Shown one piece after another: positions 9,751 through 17,663 of a DNA stretch of 43,316 bases. Source of the DNA: an uncultured Bacillales bacterium (GTDB taxonomy: Bacteria; Bacillota_I; Bacilli_A; RFN20; CAG-826). Position 1 is the stretch's first letter. Each line of letters begins with the position of its first letter. The notes under the pieces are model-generated. The model did not search any database. It worked only from the letters and a program-made list of their open reading frames with translations, and was not told the origin of the DNA. The DNA lies in the NCBI GenBank assembly GCA_937873795.1, contig CALMWE010000321.1:1-43316 (forward strand). The letters run 5' to 3'. The translations under genes were made by a program, and so were the position numbers.

Positions 9751-9778
9751 ATTATAGCAAATCCGACGTTTTAATCAA
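9751..9778 (-). promoter_or_regulatory. sigma-A promoter for the rny leader
   Basis: Minus strand TTGATT-N16-TATAAT with TG extension (TGcTATAAT), just downstream of the recA terminator. Confidence 0.7.
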
Positions 9779-9800
9779 AGTGTTTTGAAATAAGTCGCCC

Positions 9801-9827
9801 AAAAAGAAAAACCGCCTTGCGGGCGGC
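9801..9827 (-). terminator. recA intrinsic terminator
   Basis: Minus strand GCCGCC-cgcaa-GGCGGT followed by TTTTCTTTTT. Confidence 0.8.
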
Positions 9828-9844
9828 TTCTTTCAAAGTGTCAA

Positions 9845-10846
9845 TTAAATAGCACCGGTACGGATTTTTTTGACAATTTCGTCAAGAACCGTTGGGTTGT
9901 TTTTAAGATAGGTTTTCGCGGTTTCGCGTCCTTGTCCGATTTTGGAGCCGTTGTATTCGTACCAGGAGCCGGTCTTTTTGATGAAGCCCATCTCGGTCGC
10001 GACATCAAGGGCTTCACCGGTCTTGGAGAAACCTTCGCCGAAGATTAATTCGACTTTCGCGGATTTGAAGGGGGGAGCAACTTTGTTTTTCACGATCTTG
10101 ACGTTCACGATGTTGCCAAGCACGTCTTCACCGTTTTTAATCGCTTCGCCGCGGCGGATATCGATACGGACGGTCGCATAGAATTTTAAGGCGCGGCCAC
10201 CGCTGGTGGTTTCGGGGTTGCCGTAAACGATACCGACTTTTTCACGAAGTTGGTTAATAAAGATGACGGTGCACGAAGATTTGTTGAGCACGCCGGCGAG
10301 TTTTCTCATCGCTTTGCTCATCAAACGCGCTTGTAAACCTACTTGATTATCGCCCATGACGCCATCAAGTTCGGCTTGCGGGACCAAGGCGGCGACACTA
10401 TCGACGATGATGATATCGATGGCGCTGCTCTTAGCCAACATTTCCACGATTTCGAGCGCTTGTTCGCCGTTATCGGGTTGAGACAAAATGAGTTCATCGA
10501 CGTTCACGCCGAGTTTTCGGGCATATTCCGGATCAATGGCGTGTTCGGCATCGATGAATGCCGCTCTTCCGCCCATTTTTTGCGATTCGGCGATGGCGTG
10601 GAGTGCCAAGGTTGTTTTACCGCTGGATTCGGGACCATAGATTTCAATGATACGGCCTTTGGGATAACCGCCGACGCCTAAAGCTTGGTCGATCAAGAGC
10701 GATCCCGTCGGGATGCAGTCAATATCGGCAGCGGGGCGTTCCCCGAGCTTCATCACGGATCCTTTACCGTACATCTTTTCAATGTTTTTTAGAGCCTCTT
10801 CGAGAGCTTCTTCTTTTGCTGAGTTGTTTTGTTCTTTTGTTGCCAT
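9845..10846 (-). CDS. recA: recombinase RecA
   Basis: [49 protein letters not shown] and KNKVAPPF motifs. Confidence 0.99.
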   Translation of the reverse strand: MATKEQNNSAKEEALEEALKNIEKMYGKGSVMKLGERPAADIDCIPTGSLLIDQALGVGGYPKGRIIEIYGPESSGKTTLALHAIAESQKMGGRAAFIDAEHAIDPEYARKLGVNVDELILSQPDNGEQALEIVEMLAKSSAIDIIIVDSVAALVPQAELDGVMGDNQVGLQARLMSKAMRKLAGVLNKSSCTVIFINQLREKVGIVYGNPETTSGGRALKFYATVRIDIRRGEAIKNGEDVLGNIVNVKIVKNKVAPPFKSAKVELIFGEGFSKTGEALDVATEMGFIKKTGSWYEYNGSKIGQGRETAKTYLKNNPTVLDEIVKKIRTGAI

Positions 10847-10896
10847 AGTTATTTCCTCTCTTTCAAATAATAGCCTAATGAATTAAGAACTTGTCC

Positions 10897-11367
10897 TTAT
10901 TTGCTTGCAAAGGGAAGTTTCAATACTTCGCCAATGGCAAACTCCACTGCCGCTTTCCGAATATCATTACGGGTGCCGGCAAGCGATAAGCGGAATACTT
11001 TTTGGGATTGCGCCGTCGCGATTCCGATGAAACAAGTTCCCACAGGGAGTTGATCCATCGTTTCCGGTCCCGCATTCCCGGTAAAGGAAACGCAGATGTC
11101 AACATTGAGTGCTTTCTTTCCATTCATGGCCATCAACGAACCGATTTCATTGCTGACAGCTCCGTATTTGGTCAACGTTTCTTGTGGAATAGAAAGTAAA
11201 CGCATCTTGGTTTCGTTGGAATACGTAACTAAAGAGCCTTTAAAAACTTTGCTGGCCCCCGGAACATCCGTCAGGGTTTTAGCAAAAAGACCTCCGGTGA
11301 TGCTTTCCACCGAGCCGATCGTCCAGTGATGGTCATTGAGAAATTCGATCAGGGCAGCTTCACGCAT
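10897..11367 (-). CDS. cinA: CinA C-terminal domain protein (PncC-like NMN deamidase family)
   Basis: ESITGG, PGASKVF, VTYSNETK, YGAVS and TGNAGP motifs; stand-alone domain between pgsA and recA. Confidence 0.9.
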   Translation of the reverse strand: MREAALIEFLNDHHWTIGSVESITGGLFAKTLTDVPGASKVFKGSLVTYSNETKMRLLSIPQETLTKYGAVSNEIGSLMAMNGKKALNVDICVSFTGNAGPETMDQLPVGTCFIGIATAQSQKVFRLSLAGTRNDIRKAAVEFAIGEVLKLPFASK

Positions 11368-11368
11368 A

Positions 11369-12001
11369 TTATTTATCCTTTAAGACATGGACGTTTTGGA
11401 CAATATAAATGACTCCGGATAAAAGCGAAGCGATGGCGGCCACGTAACATAAGATGTGGGTCACCGACCATCCTTGCGGGAGACCAAGGTACGAAAACGG
11501 CCAATCATTTAAGAACACGAAGACAATGGCAACCATCTCGGCGACGGTTTTGATTTTTCCAAAGATGTTGGCGGCGATGACTTGTCCGCGTTGAGCGGCC
11601 ACCAAACGCATGGCGTCGACAATCAGATCACGTCCGATACAAAGAATGACGACAAGGCTGGGAACGCTGATGACTTGTTCGCTCGCCCAAGCAGGGATCG
11701 AAATCAAGAAGATAAAGGCTGAATCGACTAAGAGTTTATCCGCAATCGGGTCCATGAACTTGCCGAAGTTCGTGACTTGATTCCACTTACGTGCCAAGTA
11801 CCCATCCACAAAGTCGGAGAGACTGGCAATAAGGAAGATAATGCCGGCGATCAGATAGACAAGGTTAATGCCTTGTCCCGGGAGACCGACATTAATGTTG
11901 GGAATGGTGATCCCGAGGGCCGTAAACGGAAAAAATAAAAGGCCGATCAAAACGATCACCAATGCCATTCTCGCCAACGTTATTTTATTGGGCAAATTCA
12001 T
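11369..12001 (-). CDS. pgsA: CDP-diacylglycerol--glycerol-3-phosphate 3-phosphatidyltransferase
   Basis: MNLPNKITLAR start and CDP-alcohol signature DFVDGYLARK...FGKFMDPIADK; AAAGGAG RBS. Confidence 0.96.
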   Translation of the reverse strand: MNLPNKITLARMALVIVLIGLLFFPFTALGITIPNINVGLPGQGINLVYLIAGIIFLIASLSDFVDGYLARKWNQVTNFGKFMDPIADKLLVDSAFIFLISIPAWASEQVISVPSLVVILCIGRDLIVDAMRLVAAQRGQVIAANIFGKIKTVAEMVAIVFVFLNDWPFSYLGLPQGWSVTHILCYVAAIASLLSGVIYIVQNVHVLKDK

Positions 12002-12021
12002 TGAAATCTCCTTTATGAGTA

Positions 12022-12357
12022 CCGACCTAGTAAGCCATGTTCTGTTTTAGATAATTATTCATCTATGCAAAGCATGCGTCGGGAAATTCTTAATTATTTC
12101 CTTCAACTTCCCCTACCAAATTTGGGTTTCTCGCTTGTGGGGTTTACCGCGTTCCACCCCTTGGTTTCCCAAGGGCTACGTCACTGTGGCACCTTCAAGG
12201 GTTCCGCCATACCTTTCGGTTTAGGCATCGCCCTGCCGTTATGCGCTCCCGCATACCTGGCGTTATTTTTTCCGCCAGCGCAATCACTACGAGCATCACA
12301 GCTCGTGCGAGCATGGACTTTCCTCTAACGCAAAGCGTCAGCAATTATCCGGGTCGA
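12022..12357 (-). ncRNA. rnpB: RNase P RNA, bacterial B type
   Basis: Minus strand has GAGGAAAGTCCATGCTCGCAC, GGTGCCACAGTGACG, GTGGAACGCGGTAAACCCCACAAGCGAGAAACCCAAAT and AACAGAACATGGCTTAC. The ends pair (TCGACCCGG/CTAGGTCGG). It follows gpsB as in Bacillus. Confidence 0.97.
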
Positions 12358-12369
12358 TATTTACTTTTT

Positions 12370-12732
12370 TTACTCGATTTTGTTGGGATCTTTTCCTAAA
12401 CGGAATAAAGCGGATTCCAACGATTTGATTCGTTTTAAGAGCTCGATGTTTGAGAGGCTTACGCCGGTATCGTCGTCCAAATTCTTAAATTTTTCTTTGA
12501 GCAAAGCGTTCTGAATTTCAAGTTCCTGAATCTTTTCTTTGTAGGCCTTGTTTTCGGCTTTTAAAGTTTCAATCATCGGGATCTCGCTTTTTTGGTAAAG
12601 CTCAAGAAACTCATAGTCTTTGATCACACGATCAAGGAAGGTGTCAACCTCAAGCGCTTGATAGCCTTTCACATTCGCGGAAAAACGTTTTTTTAGGATC
12701 TTTTCGGCGGATAAATCAAGCTTAAAGTCCAT
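12370..12732 (-). CDS. gpsB: DivIVA-domain cell-cycle regulator GpsB
   Basis: ILKKRF...KGY..LEVDTFLD.VIKDYE N-domain and C-terminal SNIELLKRIKSLESALF (GpsB N.D.LKRL..LE..VF pattern). ATG 12732 with AAAGGTG RBS; adjacent to rnpB. Confidence 0.85.
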   Translation of the reverse strand: MDFKLDLSAEKILKKRFSANVKGYQALEVDTFLDRVIKDYEFLELYQKSEIPMIETLKAENKAYKEKIQELEIQNALLKEKFKNLDDDTGVSLSNIELLKRIKSLESALFRLGKDPNKIE

Positions 12733-12753
12733 ACCATCAACACCTTTCGATTT

Positions 12754-12782
12754 ATTATATATTTTTTTATATAATAAAGCAA
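12754..12782 (-). promoter_or_regulatory. sigma-A promoter for gpsB-rnpB
   Basis: Minus strand TTGCTT-N17-TATAAT. Confidence 0.7.
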
Positions 12783-12881
12783 TAAAAAAGACCCTTGAAA
12801 TCGAAAGGTTTTCCAAGGTCCTTCCTGTTTTTTATTCTTCATAGAATAAACAATATGATATACTAAACCCGAGGCCCGTTC

Positions 12882-13607
12882 ATGAAGTCATTATTAAAGC
12901 AAATTAAAAACCGTAAACACCTTATTTTTTTAGATTTGGAAGGCACCCAATTTAGTCATGAAATGATTGCTCTTGGAGCAGTCAAAGTGGATATTAATCG
13001 GTCCGGAAAAATCTTGCTCATCCATAAAGGCATGAAAGTTTTCGTCAAGCCCCAGGGAAAGATCGGGACTTTTGTGACCAACCTGACCGGAATCACCAAA
13101 GAACAAATCGACAAAGATGGCATTACCTTCGCTGACGCCTTGATTCAGTTGAAGAAATATTGCGGGTTAACCTTCTCACGAAGTGTGTTCGTGACCTTCG
13201 GTAACCACGACCTTCGCATCGTCATGCAATCGTTGGCCCATAACCCCACCGCCAATGCCGATATCGCCAAGTACATTTGCAAGAACGACATCGACCTTTC
13301 GGCCACCTTGGCTCAATACATTAAAGACGCAAACAACAATCCCTTCTCGTTGATGAATTATTTAAAAGTTTTCGGCGTTACTCCCGAAGGCGTCGCTCAC
13401 GATCCTTTATGGGATGCCAAAAACCTCGTGTTGCTCTATCAAGCGGCGATGTCCAAAAACGAAATCGTGTTTGATGAATATCTGAAATTATTAGGCAATA
13501 TGCGCCACCTTCCCGAACCCATTACACAAGTCGTCAGCAAATTAGTCCGTGGCGAAGATGTGACGTCCGCATCGTTCAAAGAACTGGTGCGCGAATCGGT
13601 GAAATAA
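12882..13607 (+). CDS. DEDDh 3'-5' exonuclease (KapD/ERI-1-like)
   Basis: ExoI FLDLEGT, LTGIT, ExoII FGNHD and ExoIII AHDPLWDA motifs. Confidence 0.85.
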   Translation: MKSLLKQIKNRKHLIFLDLEGTQFSHEMIALGAVKVDINRSGKILLIHKGMKVFVKPQGKIGTFVTNLTGITKEQIDKDGITFADALIQLKKYCGLTFSRSVFVTFGNHDLRIVMQSLAHNPTANADIAKYICKNDIDLSATLAQYIKDANNNPFSLMNYLKVFGVTPEGVAHDPLWDAKNLVLLYQAAMSKNEIVFDEYLKLLGNMRHLPEPITQVVSKLVRGEDVTSASFKELVRESVK

Positions 13608-13609
13608 TT

Positions 13610-14191
13610 ATGATCCGATATCCCAACGGCGTTGAAGGGCAAGTCCTTCCCAAAAAAGCTGAAAAAACCAATCTGAAAAATGCCGCCAACCGCGGGATGG
13701 GTCTTGAAGCGGACATCAATAACGCCAATGCTTACTACAATGAAAAAGAGGTGGCGTTGATAACCAAACGCCCCACCCCAATCAATATTGTGAAGGTTGA
13801 CTATACCAAAGGCGCTCGTATTACCGACGCTTATTTTGAACACCAATCCACCACCGATTATAATGGCATATACCGCGGAAAATACCTCGATTTCGAAGCC
13901 AAAAGCACGCGCTCGAAAACGTCCTTTCCGCTTGGCAACATTTCCGTTCATCAAATTGCCCATTTAAGAAGAGTGCTTCAGCAAGGCGGCATTGCTTTTT
14001 TCATCATCTGTTTCTCGGTGATTGATGAGTATTATGCCATCGATGCCCGTTATGTCATCGATTGTTTTGAAAATGCGGCAAGAAAATCAATCACCCTTGA
14101 AACCATCAAAAAAGTGGGATGTTCGATCCGTCAAGGATTCACCCCACGCCTTTATTATCTTGAAGCGGTCGACCAACTTTATTTCAAGTAG
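13610..14191 (+). CDS. recU: Holliday junction resolvase RecU
   Basis: IRYPNG, NRGMGLE, KRPTPI, STTDYNGIYRGKYLDFEAK and HQIAHL motifs. Confidence 0.97.
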   Translation: MIRYPNGVEGQVLPKKAEKTNLKNAANRGMGLEADINNANAYYNEKEVALITKRPTPINIVKVDYTKGARITDAYFEHQSTTDYNGIYRGKYLDFEAKSTRSKTSFPLGNISVHQIAHLRRVLQQGGIAFFIICFSVIDEYYAIDARYVIDCFENAARKSITLETIKKVGCSIRQGFTPRLYYLEAVDQLYFK

Positions 14192-14822
14192 TTTCTTCTT
14201 TGATTTTCCGGCAATAATCCCGTAAGCGGCATTGTTCACATTGAGGATTCATTGCTTTACAGAAATAACGTCCGAAATGAATCATTTGATGATGCGTCTT
14301 GATATAACGATCTTCGGGAACTGCTTTCCGAAGTTTTTTTTCGATGATTTCAACTGAATCAGCGGGATTGGCAAAATAAAGACGCTTTGATATGCGAGCC
14401 ACATGGGTATCCACCGCAATCTCGGGAAAACGGAAGAGTTCGGCCCGAACGACGTTCGCGGTTTTGGCTCCCACGCCCGGTAGACTCATAAGGTCTTCTT
14501 TGGCGGATGGCACTTTACCATCGAAACGGTTGATGATTTCGCGGCAACAATTTTTGATGTTAAGAGCTTTGGTCCGGTAAAGACCAATCGAGCGAATATG
14601 ACCTTCGATTTTTGCAATGTCGGCAATGGCAATGGATTCAAGGGTCGTGAATTCACCAAAAAGCCTCGGGGTTACGAGGTTGACGCTTTTATCGGTTGTT
14701 TGAGCGCTTAAAATGACCGCTATCAAAAGCGTGTAGTCGCTTGTATAATTCAGCTCACAGGAAGCATTGGGAAACAATTCATCAAAAAACGAAAAAATGG
14801 CGGCAAGTGTTGTTTTATTCAT
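14184..14822 (-). CDS. nth: endonuclease III
   Basis: LLIAVILSAQTTD, HhH LPGVGAKTANVV, IAVDTHV and Fe-S motif C-X6-C-X2-C-X5-C. ATG 14822 overlaps the dnaD end. Confidence 0.96.
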   Translation of the reverse strand: MNKTTLAAIFSFFDELFPNASCELNYTSDYTLLIAVILSAQTTDKSVNLVTPRLFGEFTTLESIAIADIAKIEGHIRSIGLYRTKALNIKNCCREIINRFDGKVPSAKEDLMSLPGVGAKTANVVRAELFRFPEIAVDTHVARISKRLYFANPADSVEIIEKKLRKAVPEDRYIKTHHQMIHFGRYFCKAMNPQCEQCRLRDYCRKIKEETT

Positions 14823-15474
14823 CGTCCTCGTCAACCCACTTTGTTTGCGCGATGGCAATGGTTTTTTCGATGTCTTTATTCCATTGTTCGTTGACTGCGG
14901 AATAACCTTCTTTGGAAACGTCGTCACGGGTCGCCCATTTCAAAAGAATTTTGTCGATTGAGCGAATCGATTTCTTGTTATTCGAAATTGCTTCATGAAG
15001 AGCGTTAATGATGACTTCATCGGTATAACCGAAGCCAACCCATTCACGAATACGTGAAAATTCCAAAGGTGAGAGCGTACGTCCAAATTCTTTTTCAAAG
15101 ACTTGATAAATATTTTGGATTTGCGTCGAAAATTCATTCGAGTTGACGGCTTCATGATCTTTGATGATGGCCAGTTGGAACTCGCGGAATAATCTTTTTT
15201 TCAAAGGTTCAAGCGTCGTCTTCATTTGGCTTTCGGAATTATCAAACTCAAGAATGTTCTTGTTGAGCAACTCCACCAGAATTTGATCGATTTCGGTAAT
15301 TGGCATAGACATCTTTAACGCCAATAAGTCGGCTGTCACGAGCGTGTTTTTTTGTTGCAACAAATGATCCACCATGCAGATGACGGACATTTGTTTTTCG
15401 TTGATTCCGAACTTTTTGTAATTTTCCAAAAGCAAATAGTGGAAGTCAATGGCGCCGAGAAGACTATTTTCCAT
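14815..15474 (-). CDS. dnaD: DnaD-family primosomal protein
   Basis: LLENYKKFGINE winged-helix region and FEKEFGRTLSPLE...IDKILLKW DnaB_2 domain. ATG 15474 with GAGGTG RBS; upstream of nth as in Bacillus. Confidence 0.9.
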   Translation of the reverse strand: MENSLLGAIDFHYLLLENYKKFGINEKQMSVICMVDHLLQQKNTLVTADLLALKMSMPITEIDQILVELLNKNILEFDNSESQMKTTLEPLKKRLFREFQLAIIKDHEAVNSNEFSTQIQNIYQVFEKEFGRTLSPLEFSRIREWVGFGYTDEVIINALHEAISNNKKSIRSIDKILLKWATRDDVSKEGYSAVNEQWNKDIEKTIAIAQTKWVDEDDE

Positions 15475-15526
15475 AAAAACACCTCTGATTGTTATATCGT
15501 AGCATAAAATGCTAACAGTTTTTGAG

Positions 15527-16189
15527 TTAGCTTCCGATTTTTCCGAAAGTTTTAAGCAAGGTCTCCGCTTGTTCCGCATCTATGGAGCGCAGTTTGGTCA
15601 GTTCTTCATTGACTTTGGAAGGTTGCAAAAGCCCCAGCAAATCCCAATTGTTTTTGATGGCTTGAAGCGTATTGGGCTCGATTTCAAAATGGAGTTTAAG
15701 ATGGAATCGAAGAGCCCTCAACATCCGAAGAGGATCTTCTTGAAAGCGAACATTGGGTTCGCCGATGGTGCGAATGATCCGTTTTTCGAGGTCATTGACA
15801 CCCCCAGTGAAATCATAGACCCGTTGGGCGGCATCGATATAGAGTGCGTTAATCGTGAAATCCCGCCGCGAATAGTCTTTTTCAATGTCACTCACAAAAC
15901 TGACCGAGGACGGATGGCGATGGTCTTTATAAAGCTTTTCCTCGCGTAAGGTGACGATGTCGACCCTTTTCCCCTGCCGTTTCAAGCGAATGGTTCCGTA
16001 ATGGGAAAACGTGAAGTCCGCATCCGGTAAAATGGTTCGCAGGTCACTGGGAATGGCATCGGTCACTAAATCAAAATCTTCGATCGCGCGGCCAAGCAAA
16101 AAATCACGGCTTGTTCCGCCGATCATATAAAGCTTTTTGCCATACTTTTCAAACAGTTCCGCAAGATCGAGAAAAATGCTGATATCCAT
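15527..16189 (-). CDS. cca: class II tRNA nucleotidyltransferase (CCA-adding family), C-terminally short
   Basis: GGTSRDFLLG...DFDL, RRDFTINAL and RFQEDPLRMLRALRF motifs; only 220 aa. Confidence 0.85.
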   Translation of the reverse strand: MDISIFLDLAELFEKYGKKLYMIGGTSRDFLLGRAIEDFDLVTDAIPSDLRTILPDADFTFSHYGTIRLKRQGKRVDIVTLREEKLYKDHRHPSSVSFVSDIEKDYSRRDFTINALYIDAAQRVYDFTGGVNDLEKRIIRTIGEPNVRFQEDPLRMLRALRFHLKLHFEIEPNTLQAIKNNWDLLGLLQPSKVNEELTKLRSIDAEQAETLLKTFGKIGS

Positions 16190-16239
16190 GAGTTATTCCT
16201 TCGCCCTAATGATACCCCAACACCGAAAAAAGAGGAAAC

Positions 16240-16264
16240 AAAAAGAGGGCACATGGCCCTCTTT
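16240..16264. terminator. terminator after the HU gene
   Basis: AAAGAGGGC-acatg-GCCCTCTTT; a T run follows on the minus strand. Confidence 0.8.
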
Positions 16265-16271
16265 CGTATAC

Positions 16272-16562
16272 TTACTTAGCTTTCTTCGGGCTCTTGAGTA
16301 ATTGTTTCAAATTCTTTGAGGGTTTGAAAACAACAACGGTCGCGGCTGGGATTTGAATCTTTTTGTGGGTGGTCGGATTCACACCAACACGGCCTTTGCG
16401 ATGTCTGATACCAAACGCGCCAAAACCAGAAATCTTGACGGGTTCGCCTTTGGCTAAGGCTTTCTCGGTAATCGCAAAAAAGGCTTCAACTGCAGTCTCG
16501 GCATCTTTCTTCGTCAAGTTAGCTTTCTTCGCAACTTGTTCGACTAAATCGGACTTGTTCAT
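16272..16562 (-). CDS. hup: nucleoid protein HU
   Basis: MNKSDLV, GFGAF, R.G.NP.T and FKPSK motifs; GGAGG RBS. Confidence 0.95.
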   Translation of the reverse strand: MNKSDLVEQVAKKANLTKKDAETAVEAFFAITEKALAKGEPVKISGFGAFGIRHRKGRVGVNPTTHKKIQIPAATVVVFKPSKNLKQLLKSPKKAK

Positions 16563-16664
16563 TGTATTTCCTCCATCTTTCCTAAAATAAAATTAGCACA
16601 ATCATTCGAGAATAACAACACCTACACCGTCTCAACATGCGTTAACCATCGGCAAAAAACGGAC

Positions 16665-17663
16665 TTATTCACCTTTTAAAGGCCTTGCCATCAGTCTCTT
16701 TACCATCTCTGAAGGTTTACCTTCATGGTAGAGGACTTCATAAACAGCGTTGACAATGGGAAGTTCCAGTCTGTGTTCCTCGGCAAGTGTATGAATTATG
16801 AGTGTCGCAAGGATACCTTCGACCGTGTTGGCATGTGTTTTTAGGAAGTTTTGTGACGAGTCTTCTTTGCCAATTTCGATGCCCGCGCGGAAGTTACGGC
16901 TATGCAATGAGTTGCACGTCAAACTCAGGTCCCCCAAACCGGTGAGTCCCTGGAATGTTTTCCGCTTTCCGCCAAAATAAGTTCCGAACTTGACGACTTC
17001 CGCCAAGCCTCGTGTGATTAAAGCAGCCCTAGCATTATTTCCATAGCCTAAGCCATCAATAATGCCACTGGCCAGGGCAATCACATTTTTCATCGCGGAA
17101 CCAATCTCTGCCCCCACTTCATCTTGTTGGGCATAGACACGGAAATACTCATTCGAGAACAAGTGTGCCACTTCATGCGCCATTTTTTTACTTTTCGAAG
17201 TGCTCGTAATTAACGTCAGTTTTCGGATAATGACTTCCTCGGCAAAACTAGGCCCAATCAACGAAACGACACCAGGGTGTTTTCGCTGAGGAAAAAAGTC
17301 ACGGATCAAACACGAAAGCCGTTTTTTGGTTTGGACATCAAAACCTTTGGCAGTATTCACGAGAACCATCTTCGGCGTGATAAGATCGTGGATTTGCTCC
17401 AAAACGCCTCTTAAAGCGTTGGAAGGAACGGCAAGAACAACGTAATGGGCGTCGTTGAGCGTTTCTTGAATATCTGCGGTCGCAAGGATTTGCGGTGAAA
17501 AGAAAAAATCATTCCCGAAATACTTCGGGTTACGATGTTCTTCATTGATCGTTTTTATTTGCAGCGGGTCGCGTCCGTGAAGCATCACGGAGTGACCATT
17601 GTCAGTTAAGACTTGCCCAAGCGCGAGCGCCCAAGAACCCGTTCCAAAAATAGCAATCTTCAT
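16665..17663 (-). CDS. gpsA: NAD(P)H-dependent glycerol-3-phosphate dehydrogenase
   Basis: GTGSWA, GPSFAEEV, MKNVIALA, GLTGLGDLSLTC..SRN and VEG motifs. Confidence 0.96.
   Translation of the reverse strand: MKIAIFGTGSWALALGQVLTDNGHSVMLHGRDPLQIKTINEEHRNPKYFGNDFFFSPQILATADIQETLNDAHYVVLAVPSNALRGVLEQIHDLITPKMVLVNTAKGFDVQTKKRLSCLIRDFFPQRKHPGVVSLIGPSFAEEVIIRKLTLITSTSKSKKMAHEVAHLFSNEYFRVYAQQDEVGAEIGSAMKNVIALASGIIDGLGYGNNARAALITRGLAEVVKFGTYFGGKRKTFQGLTGLGDLSLTCNSLHSRNFRAGIEIGKEDSSQNFLKTHANTVEGILATLIIHTLAEEHRLELPIVNAVYEVLYHEGKPSEMVKRLMARPLKGE

Noticed and set aside
9520-9774. 84-aa plus-strand ORF in the recA-rny gap
   Set aside because: No RBS and atypical composition; the region is better explained by a minus-strand promoter and structured leader.
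10886-10897. AGAACTTGTCCT upstream of recA as an SOS box
   Set aside because: Does not fit GAAC-N4-GTTC: the spacer is 2 nt and one half-site is mismatched.
12065-12328. 87-aa ORF between pgsA and gpsB
   Set aside because: Antisense to the RNase P RNA gene.
15043-15058. TTCACG-aata-CGTGAA palindrome as a parS-like site
   Set aside because: Lies inside dnaD, has a 4-bp insertion and lacks the TGT/ACA flanks. I saw no convincing parS by eye, but the search was not exhaustive.
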